A DNA stretch of 64,000 nucleotides from Hemiscyllium ocellatum (lineage: Eukaryota): the NCBI RefSeq assembly GCF_020745735.1, contig NC_083409.1:19860341-19924340 (forward strand). The letters are read 5' to 3'. Shown here piece by piece: positions 1-9,965 of the stretch (positions are counted from its first letter, which is position 1; every line of letters begins with the position of its first letter). A model generated the notes under the pieces. It searched no databases and had not been told where the DNA came from. It worked only from the letters and a program-made list of their open reading frames with translations. The position numbers were made by a program, and so were the translations under genes.

Positions 1-119
1 GGCTGAATCAGTGGACAACAAAAACAAAAAATGATGAAAAAGTTCAGCAGGTCTGGCAGCATCTGTGGAGAGCAATCGAAGTTAGTGTTTCGAATTGAGT
101 GACCCTACTTCAGAACTCA

Positions 120-1260
120 GTGGACAGTGAGTATCTGGGCTTTCAAAAGGCTTTTGACAAGGTCCCATACAAGAGATTAGTGAGTTACATTAAGCCCCAT
201 GGTATTGGATGTAATGTATTGTCATGGAGAGAGAACTCGTTGCCAGATAGAAAGCAGAGAGTTGGAATAAATGGGTCCCTTTCAGAGTGGCAGGCAGTGA
301 TGAGTGGGGTACCACAGAGTTCAGTGCTGGGACCCCAGCTGTTCACAATACACATAAATGATATGGACAAAGGAATTGAATGCAATCCCTACAAACTTGC
401 AGATGACATGAAGCTGGGTGGCAATGTATGTTGTGAGGAGGATGCTAAGAGGCTGCAGGGTGACTTGGACAGGCTGGCTGAGTGGGCATATACTTGGCAA
501 GTGCAACATAATGTGGATAAATGTGGGATGATCCACTTTCGTGGTAAACAGATTATGAATGAATGGTGGACGTTTAGGAAAAGGTGAGGTGCAATGAGAG
601 CTGGGTGTCATTGAAAGGGGGCATGCAGGTGCAGCAGGCAGTGAGGAAAGCTAATGGCATGTTGGCCTTCACAGTGTATTGGAGTAAGGATGTCTTGTAG
701 ATTTATACAGGGCCTTGATGAGGCCTCACCTTGAGTATTGTGTGCAGTTTTGGTCTCCTAGTCTGAGGAAGGACATTCTTGCTATTGAGGGAATCCAGCG
801 AAGGTTCACCAAACTGATTCCTGGGGCGGCAGGGCTGACATATGAGTAAAGATTGGATCGACTGGGCTTGTACTCACTGGGATTTAGAAGACTGAGAGGA
901 ATCTCACGGAAACATATAAAATCCTGATGGGATTTGACAGGGTCGATGCTGGAAGAATATTCCCAACATTAGGAAAGTTCAGAACCAGGGGCCACTGTCT
1001 ACGATTAAGGGTTAAGTTATTCAGATGATGTGAACCTGTGGAATTCTCTACCATAGAAAGCTGGTGGGGCCAGTTTGTTAGATATATATCAAGAAGGACG
1101 TGGTCCTTGAGGATGAAGGGATTTATGGGTATAGGGGGAAGGTGGGAATGGGAAACTGAGATTACATAATCAGCCATGATCATATTGAACGGTGGTGCAT
1201 GTTCAAAGGGCTGAATAGCCTGTTCCTGCAGCTATTTTCTATATTTCTATGTTTCTAATG
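120..1260 (+). mobile_element. CR1 LINE, 5'-truncated and degenerate (RT C-terminal half plus 3' tail)
   Basis: ORF 99-587 has RT motifs (FQKAFDKVP, GVPQSSVLGP, LADDMK). The HLEYCVQFW-type region follows, then a (TTTCTATG)-like tail near 1235-1260. Confidence 0.85.
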
Positions 1261-1319
1261 ATAGGTAGATGTGTGAGGGGTGTGGGGATGGGGCGTGCGA
1301 GGAAAAAGTTTATCTTGTC

Positions 1320-2980
1320 AGGAAGAACTGAAATTCATCGATAGCAAGAGGAAATATTGAGTGGGAATGCATAGAATCTGTGTGAGTCAACTTAAGAAAC
1401 CACAAAGGAACAAAGACCCTGATGGGAGTGATGTACCAGCCTCCGTGCAGTAGTCAGGATGTGGATCAGAAAATAAATCAGGAGATAGAAGAGGCATATA
1501 AGAAAGGGATTATAACAATAATCATGGGGACTGCAATATGCAGGTGGACTGGGAAAGTCAGGGTGGGAATGGATCTCAAGGAAAGGAATTCATAGAATGT
1601 CTGCGAGAGGCTTTTTTTGGAGCAGTTTGTGGTAGAGCCACAAGGAAACAGGTAATTCTGGATTTGTTAATGTGTAATGAGGTAGCTCTGATTGGGGAGC
1701 TGAAGGTGAGTGAACCCTGAGGGGGCAGTGACCACGATATGATAGAATTCACCCTGCAGTTCAAGACGGAGAAGCTGGAATTCTATGTAATAAGAGGAGT
1801 TAATGAGCAAGTTAGACAAAGGAGAGCCAATGGACATGATCTATTTGGATTTGCAGAAGGCCTTTGACAAGTTGCCACACAGGAGGCTGCTAAATAACAT
1901 AAGAGCCCATGGGGTTTGGGGTCCTCTACTGACATGGGTAGAGAGTGAGAATAAATGGATCTTTTGCAGGATGGCAGCTGGTGCCTCATGCAGTTCAGCA
2001 GGGGACAGTGTTGGGACCTCAGCTATTCATGTAACAATTAATTATATATTAACGATCTGGGAAAAGGAACTGAGGGCATTGTTCCTAAATTTGCTGATAA
2101 CACAAAGATGAAGTGAGGGACAGGGAGCGTTGAGGAAGTAGGGAGGCTGCAGAAGGACTTGGAAAGGCTTAGAGAGTGGGCAAAGGAGTGGCAGATGGAA
2201 TACAATAGGGGAATGTGTGAGGTTATGCAGCTTGGTTGGAAGAATAGAGGCTCAAACTGTTTCCTAAATGGGGAAATTTGGAATTCTGAAACACAAAGTG
2301 GCTCAGGAGGCCTCTTTCAGGTTTCTCTTAAGGTTAATATGTAGTTTCAGTTGGCAATTAGGAAGACAAATGCAATGTTAGCATTCATTTCAACTGAGTT
2401 AGAATACAAGAGCAGGTGTGTCCTGCTGAGGCTGTATGAGACTCTGGCCAGACTGCATTATGGAATATTGTGAACAGTTTTGGGACCTATATCTAAGGAG
2501 GGATGTGCTTGCATTGGGGGAGATCCAGAGGAGGTTTATAAGAATGACCCTGGGAGTGACAGCCTGGTCTGATGAGAGCGGTTGAGAACTCTGGATGTGT
2601 ACTTGATGGAGTTCAGAAGGACATGGGAGGATCACATATACACTTACACAACACAGAGAGGTCTGGATAGGGACGTGGAGAAGATGTTTCCACCAGTAAG
2701 TGAAACAAGGACCAGAGGGCACAGCCACAGAGTTTAGGGATAACTCATTAGGACTGAGATGCGAAGGAATTTCTTCTGCCAGAGGGTGGTTAATCTGTGG
2801 AACTCATTGCTGTGGAGATGAAGTCATTGAGTGTATTTAGGACAGACATTGATAGATTCCTGATTGGAAAGGCGAACAAGCATAATGGGAAGAAGGCAGG
2901 AGAATAGTCTTGAGAAACACATGACCAAACAGTACAGCAGACTTGATGGGGCGAATGGCCTAATTCTGATATCTTTTGAA
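1320..2980 (+). mobile_element. CR1 LINE fragments (endonuclease end, RT, 3' end)
   Basis: Translations include ILDLLMCNE, YLDLQKAFDKLPH and EWAKEWQMEYN, with many frameshifts. Confidence 0.8.
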
Positions 2981-2999
2981 GAGACTCTGCAAAACCCCA

Positions 3000-4700
3000 G
3001 AAAACTGAAAGCTCTGGATTGTGAGCCCTGCTGGAGCTGTTTGTCATTAGAACTTTGCCAAGAGATAACCAAAGAGTGGAGACAGTATGCATCCTGTTAC
3101 TTGTGGGGACTTCAGAATGCTTCCTAGCTCCTGGAATACAATGTGAGCAGGAAGTGTGGTCAGTGACAGCAGTTGGAGCTCTGGGCTTTGGAGATTGAGC
3201 AGCAGCTGGTGTCAGTGCGGAGCGTCCGTGAGGCTGAGAGCTCCGTGGAGAGCACATTTCTAGATGTGGTCACTCTGCAGCTTCACAGTATGCAGGGAGA
3301 GAGGGAATGGGGAAGCAGCAGACAGTCCAAAAGGACCAGGCAGCTAGTACAGGAATATCCTGAGTGCATCCCATTCTCCAACAAAAATTCAGTTCAGAAT
3401 CCCGATGAGAATGATGGTTCATCTGGGGAATGCAGCCAATGCACCAAGATGGGGGGAAGCTGTACGGGAGGGCACAAGGAACTGGAAGAGCGATAGTGAG
3501 AGGAGATTCGAGAGTGAGGGCAATCGATAGGATTTTCTGCAGCTGCAGATGGGAATCCAGGATGGTGTGTTGTCTCCCTGGTGCCAGGGTCAAGGATGTC
3601 ACTGAGTGGCTGCAGAGCACCCTGAGGGGAGAGGGGGAACAGGCAGCAGTCATGGTCCACATCGGTCCCAGTGACAGAGGGAGAAAAAGGATGTGCTCCT
3701 GCAGTCAGAATTTAGGGAGCTTGGGAGGCAATTCGCAACAGGAACTCAAAAATAGGAATCTTTGGATTACTCCCATGACCAATGCAAGTGAGGATAGGAA
3801 CAGGAGGATAAGACAGGTGGATGTGGGCTGGAAATGTGGTCCAGGAGGGAGGGCTTTAGATTCTTGGGTCTTTGGGAATGACCTGGTGGGAGATGCGACC
3901 TCTATAGACTGGATGGGTTGCTCCTGAACATAGCAGGAATTGAGCTCCTCATGGGGTGATTTGCTGGTGCTGTTGGAGAGTGTTTAAATTAATATTGAAG
4001 GGCTGTGGGAACCAGAAGGCTAATATCAGGGAGAAACACCAAGGATCGCAGAACCCTGGAAAAAATTGTTAGCATCAGAGTGAGGAATGGTAACTTATTA
4101 GGCAGGGTCAGAGTGAGAGAGAGCCAGCAATAAATTCTAAATCTGGCTGGCTGTGCATGTATGGGACTGCACAGAGTGTGGGGAATAAGACTGGGGAGTT
4201 ACAGACGCAGATTACCAAGTGGAAATCTGATGTTGTTGCTCTAACAGATGAGGTTCAAATGAAGACAGGACTGGGTGTTAAATATTCCTGGATACAAGGT
4301 GTTCAGGAAAGATAGGAAAGGGGGGAAAGGGTGAGAGGTGTGGGATTGATTAAGGAGATCGGTGCAGAGCTGGAGAAAGAAGGTGTCACAAAGGTGTCAA
4401 GGACAGAATCGATTTGGTTCGAGATAAGGAACACAAAGTTGCAATCAGGTTGTTCAGTGCAGTCTGTAGGTCACTGACTAGTGGGAAGGATGTAGGGGAG
4501 CAAACCTGCAAGGAATTTACAGAGTGGTGCAAACATTACAGGATTTTAATTGTCAGAATATCAACTGAGACAGCAACTAGATCTTGGGAATGAGGAAATC
4601 CAAGTAGATCAAGTGTCAGTGAGAGGACATTTAGGGAAGACTGGTCATTGTATCATAAAGTTTAGGGGAACAGTGGAAAAGGACAACAGACAATCCAGCA
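3000..4700 (+). mobile_element. CR1 LINE 5' part (ORF1 esterase-like plus APE start), degenerate
   Basis: ORFs 3173-3496 and 3430-3927 contain VCCLPGARVKDV and VMVHIG, typical of CR1 ORF1 SGNH-esterase. APE-like sequence follows. Confidence 0.7.
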
Positions 4701-4819
4701 TAAAGCCATGATCATGGATCGTATCCCATGGATCACCTCCAATGTTTCACTCTTAGAATTTTTCACATTTTATTTTAAAACAAAGTATGAATGAGTTACA
4801 AATATAATATTTTGCTTCA

Positions 4820-6860
4820 GTATTTACAGTTGAGAAGGACATGGAAGTGAAGGAAATTTGGGAAATAAATGTTGATGTCTTGAGAAGAGCCCATATTACA
4901 GAAGAAGACGTGCGGTAATCTGCTCTTTAAACTCATAAAGATAGATAAATTTCCAAGACCTGATCAGCTCCATCCCAATACTTTGTGGGAAGCTTGGGAA
5001 GAGACAGTGATGCCCCTTGTGGAGATGTTTGTATCATCAACAGCCACGGGTGATGTGCTGGAAGACGGGGGTGTGTCTAATATTGAGCTGTTATTTAATA
5101 AGGTCTGCAAGGAATACACAGGGAATTATAGACCAGTGAGTCTGATCGTGGTAAATTGTTGGAGGGGAATTTGATAGACAGGATCTAAATGCATTTGGAA
5201 AGACAAGGATTGATTAGGGATAGTCCACATGGCTTTGTCAGTGGGAAAATGTGTCTTACAATTTTTTTTGAGGACATGACCAATAAGATAGCTGAGGGCA
5301 GAGTGGTAGACGTTGTCTACATGGACTTTAGCAAGGCCTTTGACAATTTCCTGCATGGACATCTGGTTAGTAAGGTTAGATCAAATGGGATCCAGGAAGA
5401 GCAAGTTAATTAATACAAAATTGGCTTGATGGTTGGAGCCAGAGTGTGGTGGTAGAGGGTTGCTGTTCAGACTGGAAGCCTGTGACAAGCGAAAGGATTG
5501 CTTCCGGGTTCATCATTGTTCATCATTTATAGAAACAAATTGAATGAGAATATAGGAAGTATAGTTTGTGAGTTTGAAGATGACACCAAAATTGGCGGTT
5601 TCATGGTCAGTGAAGAAGGCTATTTGAGAGTACATTTACATTATGCATTGAGATAATAGCAAGCTGTTGCATTTTGGTACAGGCCAGGGCTAACACAGTT
5701 AATTGTGGGGCCATGGGGAGTGTTGTCAAACAGGGAGACCAAGGGGTGGACGCACATAGAGGATTGAAACTGGTGTCACGTGTAGACAGGGTGGTGAAGA
5801 AAGCATTTGGTACACTTGCCTTCATCGGGTATGGGAGTTGGGACATTACAGCTTCCCAAGATGTTGGTCCGGCCACGTTTCCAATCAACCTGCTATTGGA
5901 AGGATAGCATTCAACTGGAAAGAGTGTAAAAAGGATGACAAGGATGTCACCGAGACTGGAGGGTTTGAGTTATAAGGAGAGACTGGTTAAGCAGGGCTAC
6001 TTTCTTTGGAAGCTCAGAAGCTTCAGGGTGACATTTTAGAGATTTATAAAATCATAATGGGCATAGATAAGGTGACTAGCTAAGGTCTTTTCCTCACGGT
6101 AGGTTAGTGCAAACCTAGTGGGCAGAGGTTTAAAGTGAAAGAGGAAAGATACAAAAGGGACCTGAGGTATCCCTCTTTCCAGCAGAAAGTGGTATTGAAT
6201 GAACTGCCAGAGAAAGTCAGAGAGGTGAGTATGATTAAAACATTTAAAAGACATTTGAACAGGTACATGGGAAGAGGAAAGGGACAGGAAATGAGCCAAA
6301 TGCAGGCAAATGGGACTACGGGGAATAGAAAAGGTATATATTTCACAAAGGAAGTGAATATGTTGCAGATGGCGTGAAAGAAAATTCCCATGGAAGGCTC
6401 AGGGATGAGGAACGTCAGTTATGAAAATATATTGGAGAAGTTCAGACTGTCTTCCTTGGAGAAGAGAAGGCTGAGAAGAGATTTGTTTGAGGAATTCAAC
6501 ATCAGGAGGGGTCTGGACAGAGTAAACAGGGAGAAAATGTTCCCTCTCATTAAAGGATTGAGAGCGAGAGCCACAGATTGAAAGTAATTGGTAGAAGAAG
6601 CAGAAGTGAGAGAAGGAAAAACATTTTCATGAAGCAAGTGGTTACGGTGTGGAATGCACTGCCTGAGAGTGTGGTGGAGGCAGCTTCAATTGAAACATTC
6701 TGAAGGGAATGAGACTGTTATTTGAAAAGGAACAATGTGCAGGGTGACAGGGAGAAGGCAGGAGAATGACACTTAGTCAATTGCTCATTCAGAGAGCCAG
6801 TACAGATGGGATGGGCAGAATGGTCTCCTTTTGCACTGTAACAGTTTTGTGATTGTGTGA
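4820..6860 (+). mobile_element. Two stacked CR1 3' fragments
   Basis: Translations include NYRPVSL, VYMDFSKAFD, KKAFGTLAFI and SLEKRRLRRDL, and CR1 3' tails are present. Confidence 0.8.
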
Positions 6861-6907
6861 CTGAGCAGAGTTAAAGCTGGTGGAGGTGGGATCTCGGTGT
6901 CTCACTG

Positions 6908-6933
6908 TGCTGCTGCTGCTGCTGCTGCTGCTG
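6908..6933. repeat. (TGC/CTG)8-9 trinucleotide microsatellite in the J-C intron
   Basis: Read directly as tgctgctgctgctgctgctgctgctg. Confidence 0.95.
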
Positions 6934-7282
6934 AGGTCAGTGAGATCAGAGACTGGGACAGGGATCCAGAGCTCACATCAAACTCTGCCCCGTGTCCGTC
7001 ACACTGAGACTGGCAGGAGGCTACTCACTGATTTCACTCCATGCTGCAGGAATGGGACCACAGGCTGCAAATGGGGAAAGGTCCTCCACACGGTGAGTAA
7101 AACTGACTGACTTCTGTCTTGCTGCTTAAAGGGGGCAATGGAACTAAAGAAATACAGCTGGACACCCTGTTAGACACAGTGCTCCTCAATCAACCATTTC
7201 ATTCACTGCAGCTCCCCACTAACACCTGCAGCAATTCAGCATTTGTGTTTTAGCAAGTTTGATATTGAAAGGGTTTACTTAC

Positions 7283-7317
7283 TCAGTCGGAGCTTGGTTC
7301 CTTTACCGAACGTAAGC
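7283..7317 (-). CDS. IGKJ: Immunoglobulin light-chain J segment, kappa (NS4-like): LTFGKGTKLRL
   Basis: Minus strand reads G CTT ACG TTC GGT AAA GGA ACC AAG CTC CGA CTG A|GTAAGT. It has the FGxG motif, a consensus splice donor at 7282-7277, and an abutting RSS heptamer. Confidence 0.95.
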
Positions 7318-7345
7318 CACAGTGAGAGCTCCCAGTACAAAAACC
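7318..7345 (+). other. J recombination signal sequence with a 12-bp spacer
   Basis: CACAGTG (7318-7324) AGAGCTCCCAGT (12 nt) ACAAAAACC (7337-7345); heptamer and nonamer are both perfect. Confidence 0.95.
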
Positions 7346-7379
7346 TCAGCTCTCTGCTTCTCTCTTATCACTGTCAACA

Positions 7380-7519
7380 TCTCTCTGTCTCTCTCTGTCT
7401 CTCACTTACTCTCACCTTCTCTTTGTCATTCATGTTTTTCTGTTTTTTTCTCATTCTGTTTCTTTCTCTCTCTCTTTCTCCCTCTCTCTCTCTTTCTCCC
7501 TCTCTCTCTCTCTCTCTCT
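7380..7519. repeat. CT-rich microsatellite in the V-J spacer
   Basis: Imperfect (CT)n and (CTCTTT)n tract. Confidence 0.9.
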
Positions 7520-7830
7520 GGGTTAAGTCCAGCTGGGTTCAGGAGGTTTGTGAACTTTATATTTTGATGTTAAATCTTGCAGCTGCTCTTCACATGTGGC
7601 CATGGAGTGTAAGAGGGAAACTTGAGGCCTTCAGTGAGCGGTGGACACCACAGGGACTGGAGTGTGTCGTGGACAGTGACAATCCCAGCATGGGGTAATT
7701 TGTTCAGTTTCATTTATCTTTAACTGTGGACTTGTCAATACAAGAGGTGCGTGTGTATGTTCTCTATTATATATTAAATATATGTAATTGTGGGATGTGT
7801 CAGTAGAGGAGGTGGGACTATGTGTATCAA

Positions 7831-7858
7831 GGTTTTTGTACGGCTCTGTATCACTGTG
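7831..7858 (-). other. V recombination signal sequence with a 12-bp spacer
   Basis: Minus strand reads CACAGTG (7858-7852) ATACAGAGCCGT (12 nt) ACAAAAACC (7839-7831); perfect consensus. Confidence 0.95.
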
Positions 7859-8160
7859 CCAAGGGAAGCTCTCACTTTGCTGACAGTAATAATCAGCGAC
7901 ATCCTCATTCTGAACGTTGCTGATTGTCAGGGTGAAATGTGTGCTGGACACTTCTGTCACGGTGAATCTGTTTGAGACTCCTGTGAATCGTGATGCTGCA
8001 TTGTAGATCAGGAGAGAGGGTTTCTGTCCTTCCCGCTGCTGGAACCATTCAACATCACCACTGGCACTCTGACTGGATTTACAGGTGATGGTTGCAGTCT
8101 GGCCCAGTTCCACTGAGAGCACCGGGGGAGACTGAGTCATGATGATGTCCCCACTGATAC
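7859..8160 (-). CDS. IGKV: Immunoglobulin kappa-type V exon (L2 + V), unrearranged, open frame
   Basis: The acceptor ...gacccctcAG| is followed by (G)[100 protein letters not shown]. Both Cys, the Trp and the DYYC motif are conserved, and the exon ends at the RSS. Confidence 0.95.
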
Positions 8161-8346
8161 CTGAGGGGTCAGAGAGAAACACAGTGAAGTCAGAACTGTC
8201 ACAGAAAGAGCCTGTCAAATGAGAGATTGTTGGATACACTGAGCATTCCTCTGGTTTCAGCATTTTCCCTTCAATCACAAGTCAGTGGAATTGGAGTGAA
8301 ATGGAGAGCAGCTAAAGCTTCAAGGTGGAAGGAGAGAGATTTGTAC

Positions 8347-8395
8347 CTGCGACACAGAATGCCAGGGGCCAAATCAGCTGGATGTGTGAAATCAT
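8347..8395 (-). CDS. IGKV: Ig V leader exon (MISHIQLIWPLAFCVA-G)
   Basis: accATG context, 16 hydrophobic codons plus one base, then a G|GTACAA donor. The phase-1 intron of 186 nt (8161-8346) splices in frame to the V exon. Confidence 0.92.
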
Positions 8396-8455
8396 GGTGT
8401 GTGCTCCTGTCCCTGTGCCTGGTTCCTGATAAACTCTCCCTTCACTGGGCTCTGC

Positions 8456-8553
8456 TTTATAAAGCTGCGGCCTGTGAGAGCCTGACTGGGTGTTCCTCAG
8501 TATGTAAATGGCATCAGGCAGAGAGAGCCACGTCAGTCCCTCACACTTCCTGT
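8456..8553 (-). promoter_or_regulatory. V-gene promoter: TATA box, octamer variant, CRE/UPRE-like site and ETS site
   Basis: TATAAA at 8461-8456. ATTTACAT at 8509-8502, one mismatch from ATTTGCAT. TGACGTGG at 8535-8528. ACAGGAAGT at 8553-8545. Confidence 0.7.
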
Positions 8554-8559
8554 TTTTAC

Positions 8560-8701
8560 TCTCTCTCTCTCATCCTTCCCTAGTTCCTCCCACCCTTTTC
8601 CCTTCTATCTCTTTTTCACCTTTCTCTTGAATATAATCCTGTTGTTCATTGACTTACTCCCTCTTTTTCTTTTGATCTCCCTTTCCTTCTGTATTGGTTG
8701 G

Positions 8702-8732
<31 letters not shown>

Positions 8733-9015
8733 GTCTGATCATCCATTCCTCTCCATCACTTATCTTTCTACCTGTTTCCTCACTCGCCCCCACAATCTCT
8801 CATTGCCTCACTCCATCCTTGTCTCTCTCCCTCCAGTCACTCTCTAACTGATCTCTATAGCAGGTGTTGTTCCAGAACATTGGAACACTGAGTCCTGGGG
8901 CAGCAGCTAAATGCCTCGCCCTCTCTCACTCAATCTCACAATGTGCACTTGTTCTCTCGCTCTTTCTCTCTCTCTCTCTCCCCCTCACTCTCTGTCTTCT
9001 GTCTCTCTATCTCTC
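8560..9015. repeat. Pyrimidine-rich (CT)n low-complexity tracts
   Basis: Read directly. Confidence 0.85.
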
Positions 9016-9039
9016 AATCAGAAGCTCAATGACATGAAC

Positions 9040-9965
9040 AGCATTGAACAACTTGCAAAAGTCATTAACGCTAATCCCACCTTGGCATTGAGGGAGAGGA
9101 TCAGCCAGGATCATATTGAATGACAGAGCAGCCTCACAAGACCAAACCCAAACCTAAACCCTAATCCTAACCCGAACACTAACCCTAACACTAACCATAA
9201 CCCAGAACCCAACCCTAACCTGAACCTGAACCCAACCCTAACCCGTACCCTAACCCAAACCCTAACCCTAACATAAACCCTAACCCAAACCCAAACCTTA
9301 ACCCAAACCCTAACCCTAATTCCAAACCCTAACCCCAACCCATACCCTAACCCAAACCCAAACCCTAATCCTAACCCGAACACTAACCCTAACCCTAACC
9401 CTAACCCTAACACAAAACCCAACCCTAACCCGAACCTGAACCTGAAACCTTACCCATACCCTAACCCAAACCCTAACTTAACCCTAACCCTAACCCAAAC
9501 CCAAACCCGAACCCAAACCCAAACCCAAAGCCTAACCAGAACACTAACCCTAACCCTAACTCTAACCCAAAACCCAACCCTAACCCGAACCTGAACCCGA
9601 ACCCTAATCCATACACTAACCCAAACCCTAACCCTAACCCTAACCCTAACCCTAACCCAAACCCCAACCCCAACCCCAACCATAACCCAAACTCTAACCC
9701 AAAACCTAACCCAAACCCGAACCCGAACCCTAACCCTAACCCGAACCCAAACCCAAATGCTAACCCTAACCCCAACCCTAACCCTAACCTATACCGCAAC
9801 CCAAACCCAAACCCAAACCCCAACCCCTACCCCAACTCTAACCCAAACTCTAACCCAAAACCTAACCCGAACCCTAACCCAAACCCAAACCCTAACCCGT
9901 AACCTAACCCGTACCCTAACCAGAACATTACTCCTGCTCCCTGTTTCTATCTATGTACGTCTGTG
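9040..9965 (+). mobile_element. CR1 3'-tail remnant split by the telomeric array
   Basis: The left part reads gatcagccaggatcatattgaatgacagagcag...gaccaaa and the right part ttactcctgctccctgtttctat. These match the contiguous CR1 tail at ~50332-50410. Confidence 0.7.
9142..9927 (+). repeat. Interstitial telomeric sequence, degenerate (CCCTAA)n, about 130 hexamers
   Basis: CCCTAA units are interspersed with CCCAAA, CCCGAA, CCTGAA and CACTAA variants. It reads TTAGGG on the Ig sense strand. Confidence 0.95.

Noticed and set aside
6880-7110. Plus-strand ORF with a signal-peptide-like poly-Leu run and a perfect donor (ACG|GTGAGT at 7092/7093)
   Set aside because: It has no ATG (GTG start, with an in-frame stop just upstream), the poly-Leu comes from a CTG microsatellite, and no downstream exon is evident.
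7313-7863. V-J spacer viewed as a symmetric RAG/Transib-type transposon with RSS termini
   Set aside because: There is no 5-bp target duplication (TAAGC versus CCAAG) and no coding content; the flanks are ordinary V and J ends.
7631-8278. 215-aa ORF taken as a single protein
   Set aside because: Only 7859-8160 is exon. The N-terminal part is intron, and the C-terminal part reads through the RSS.
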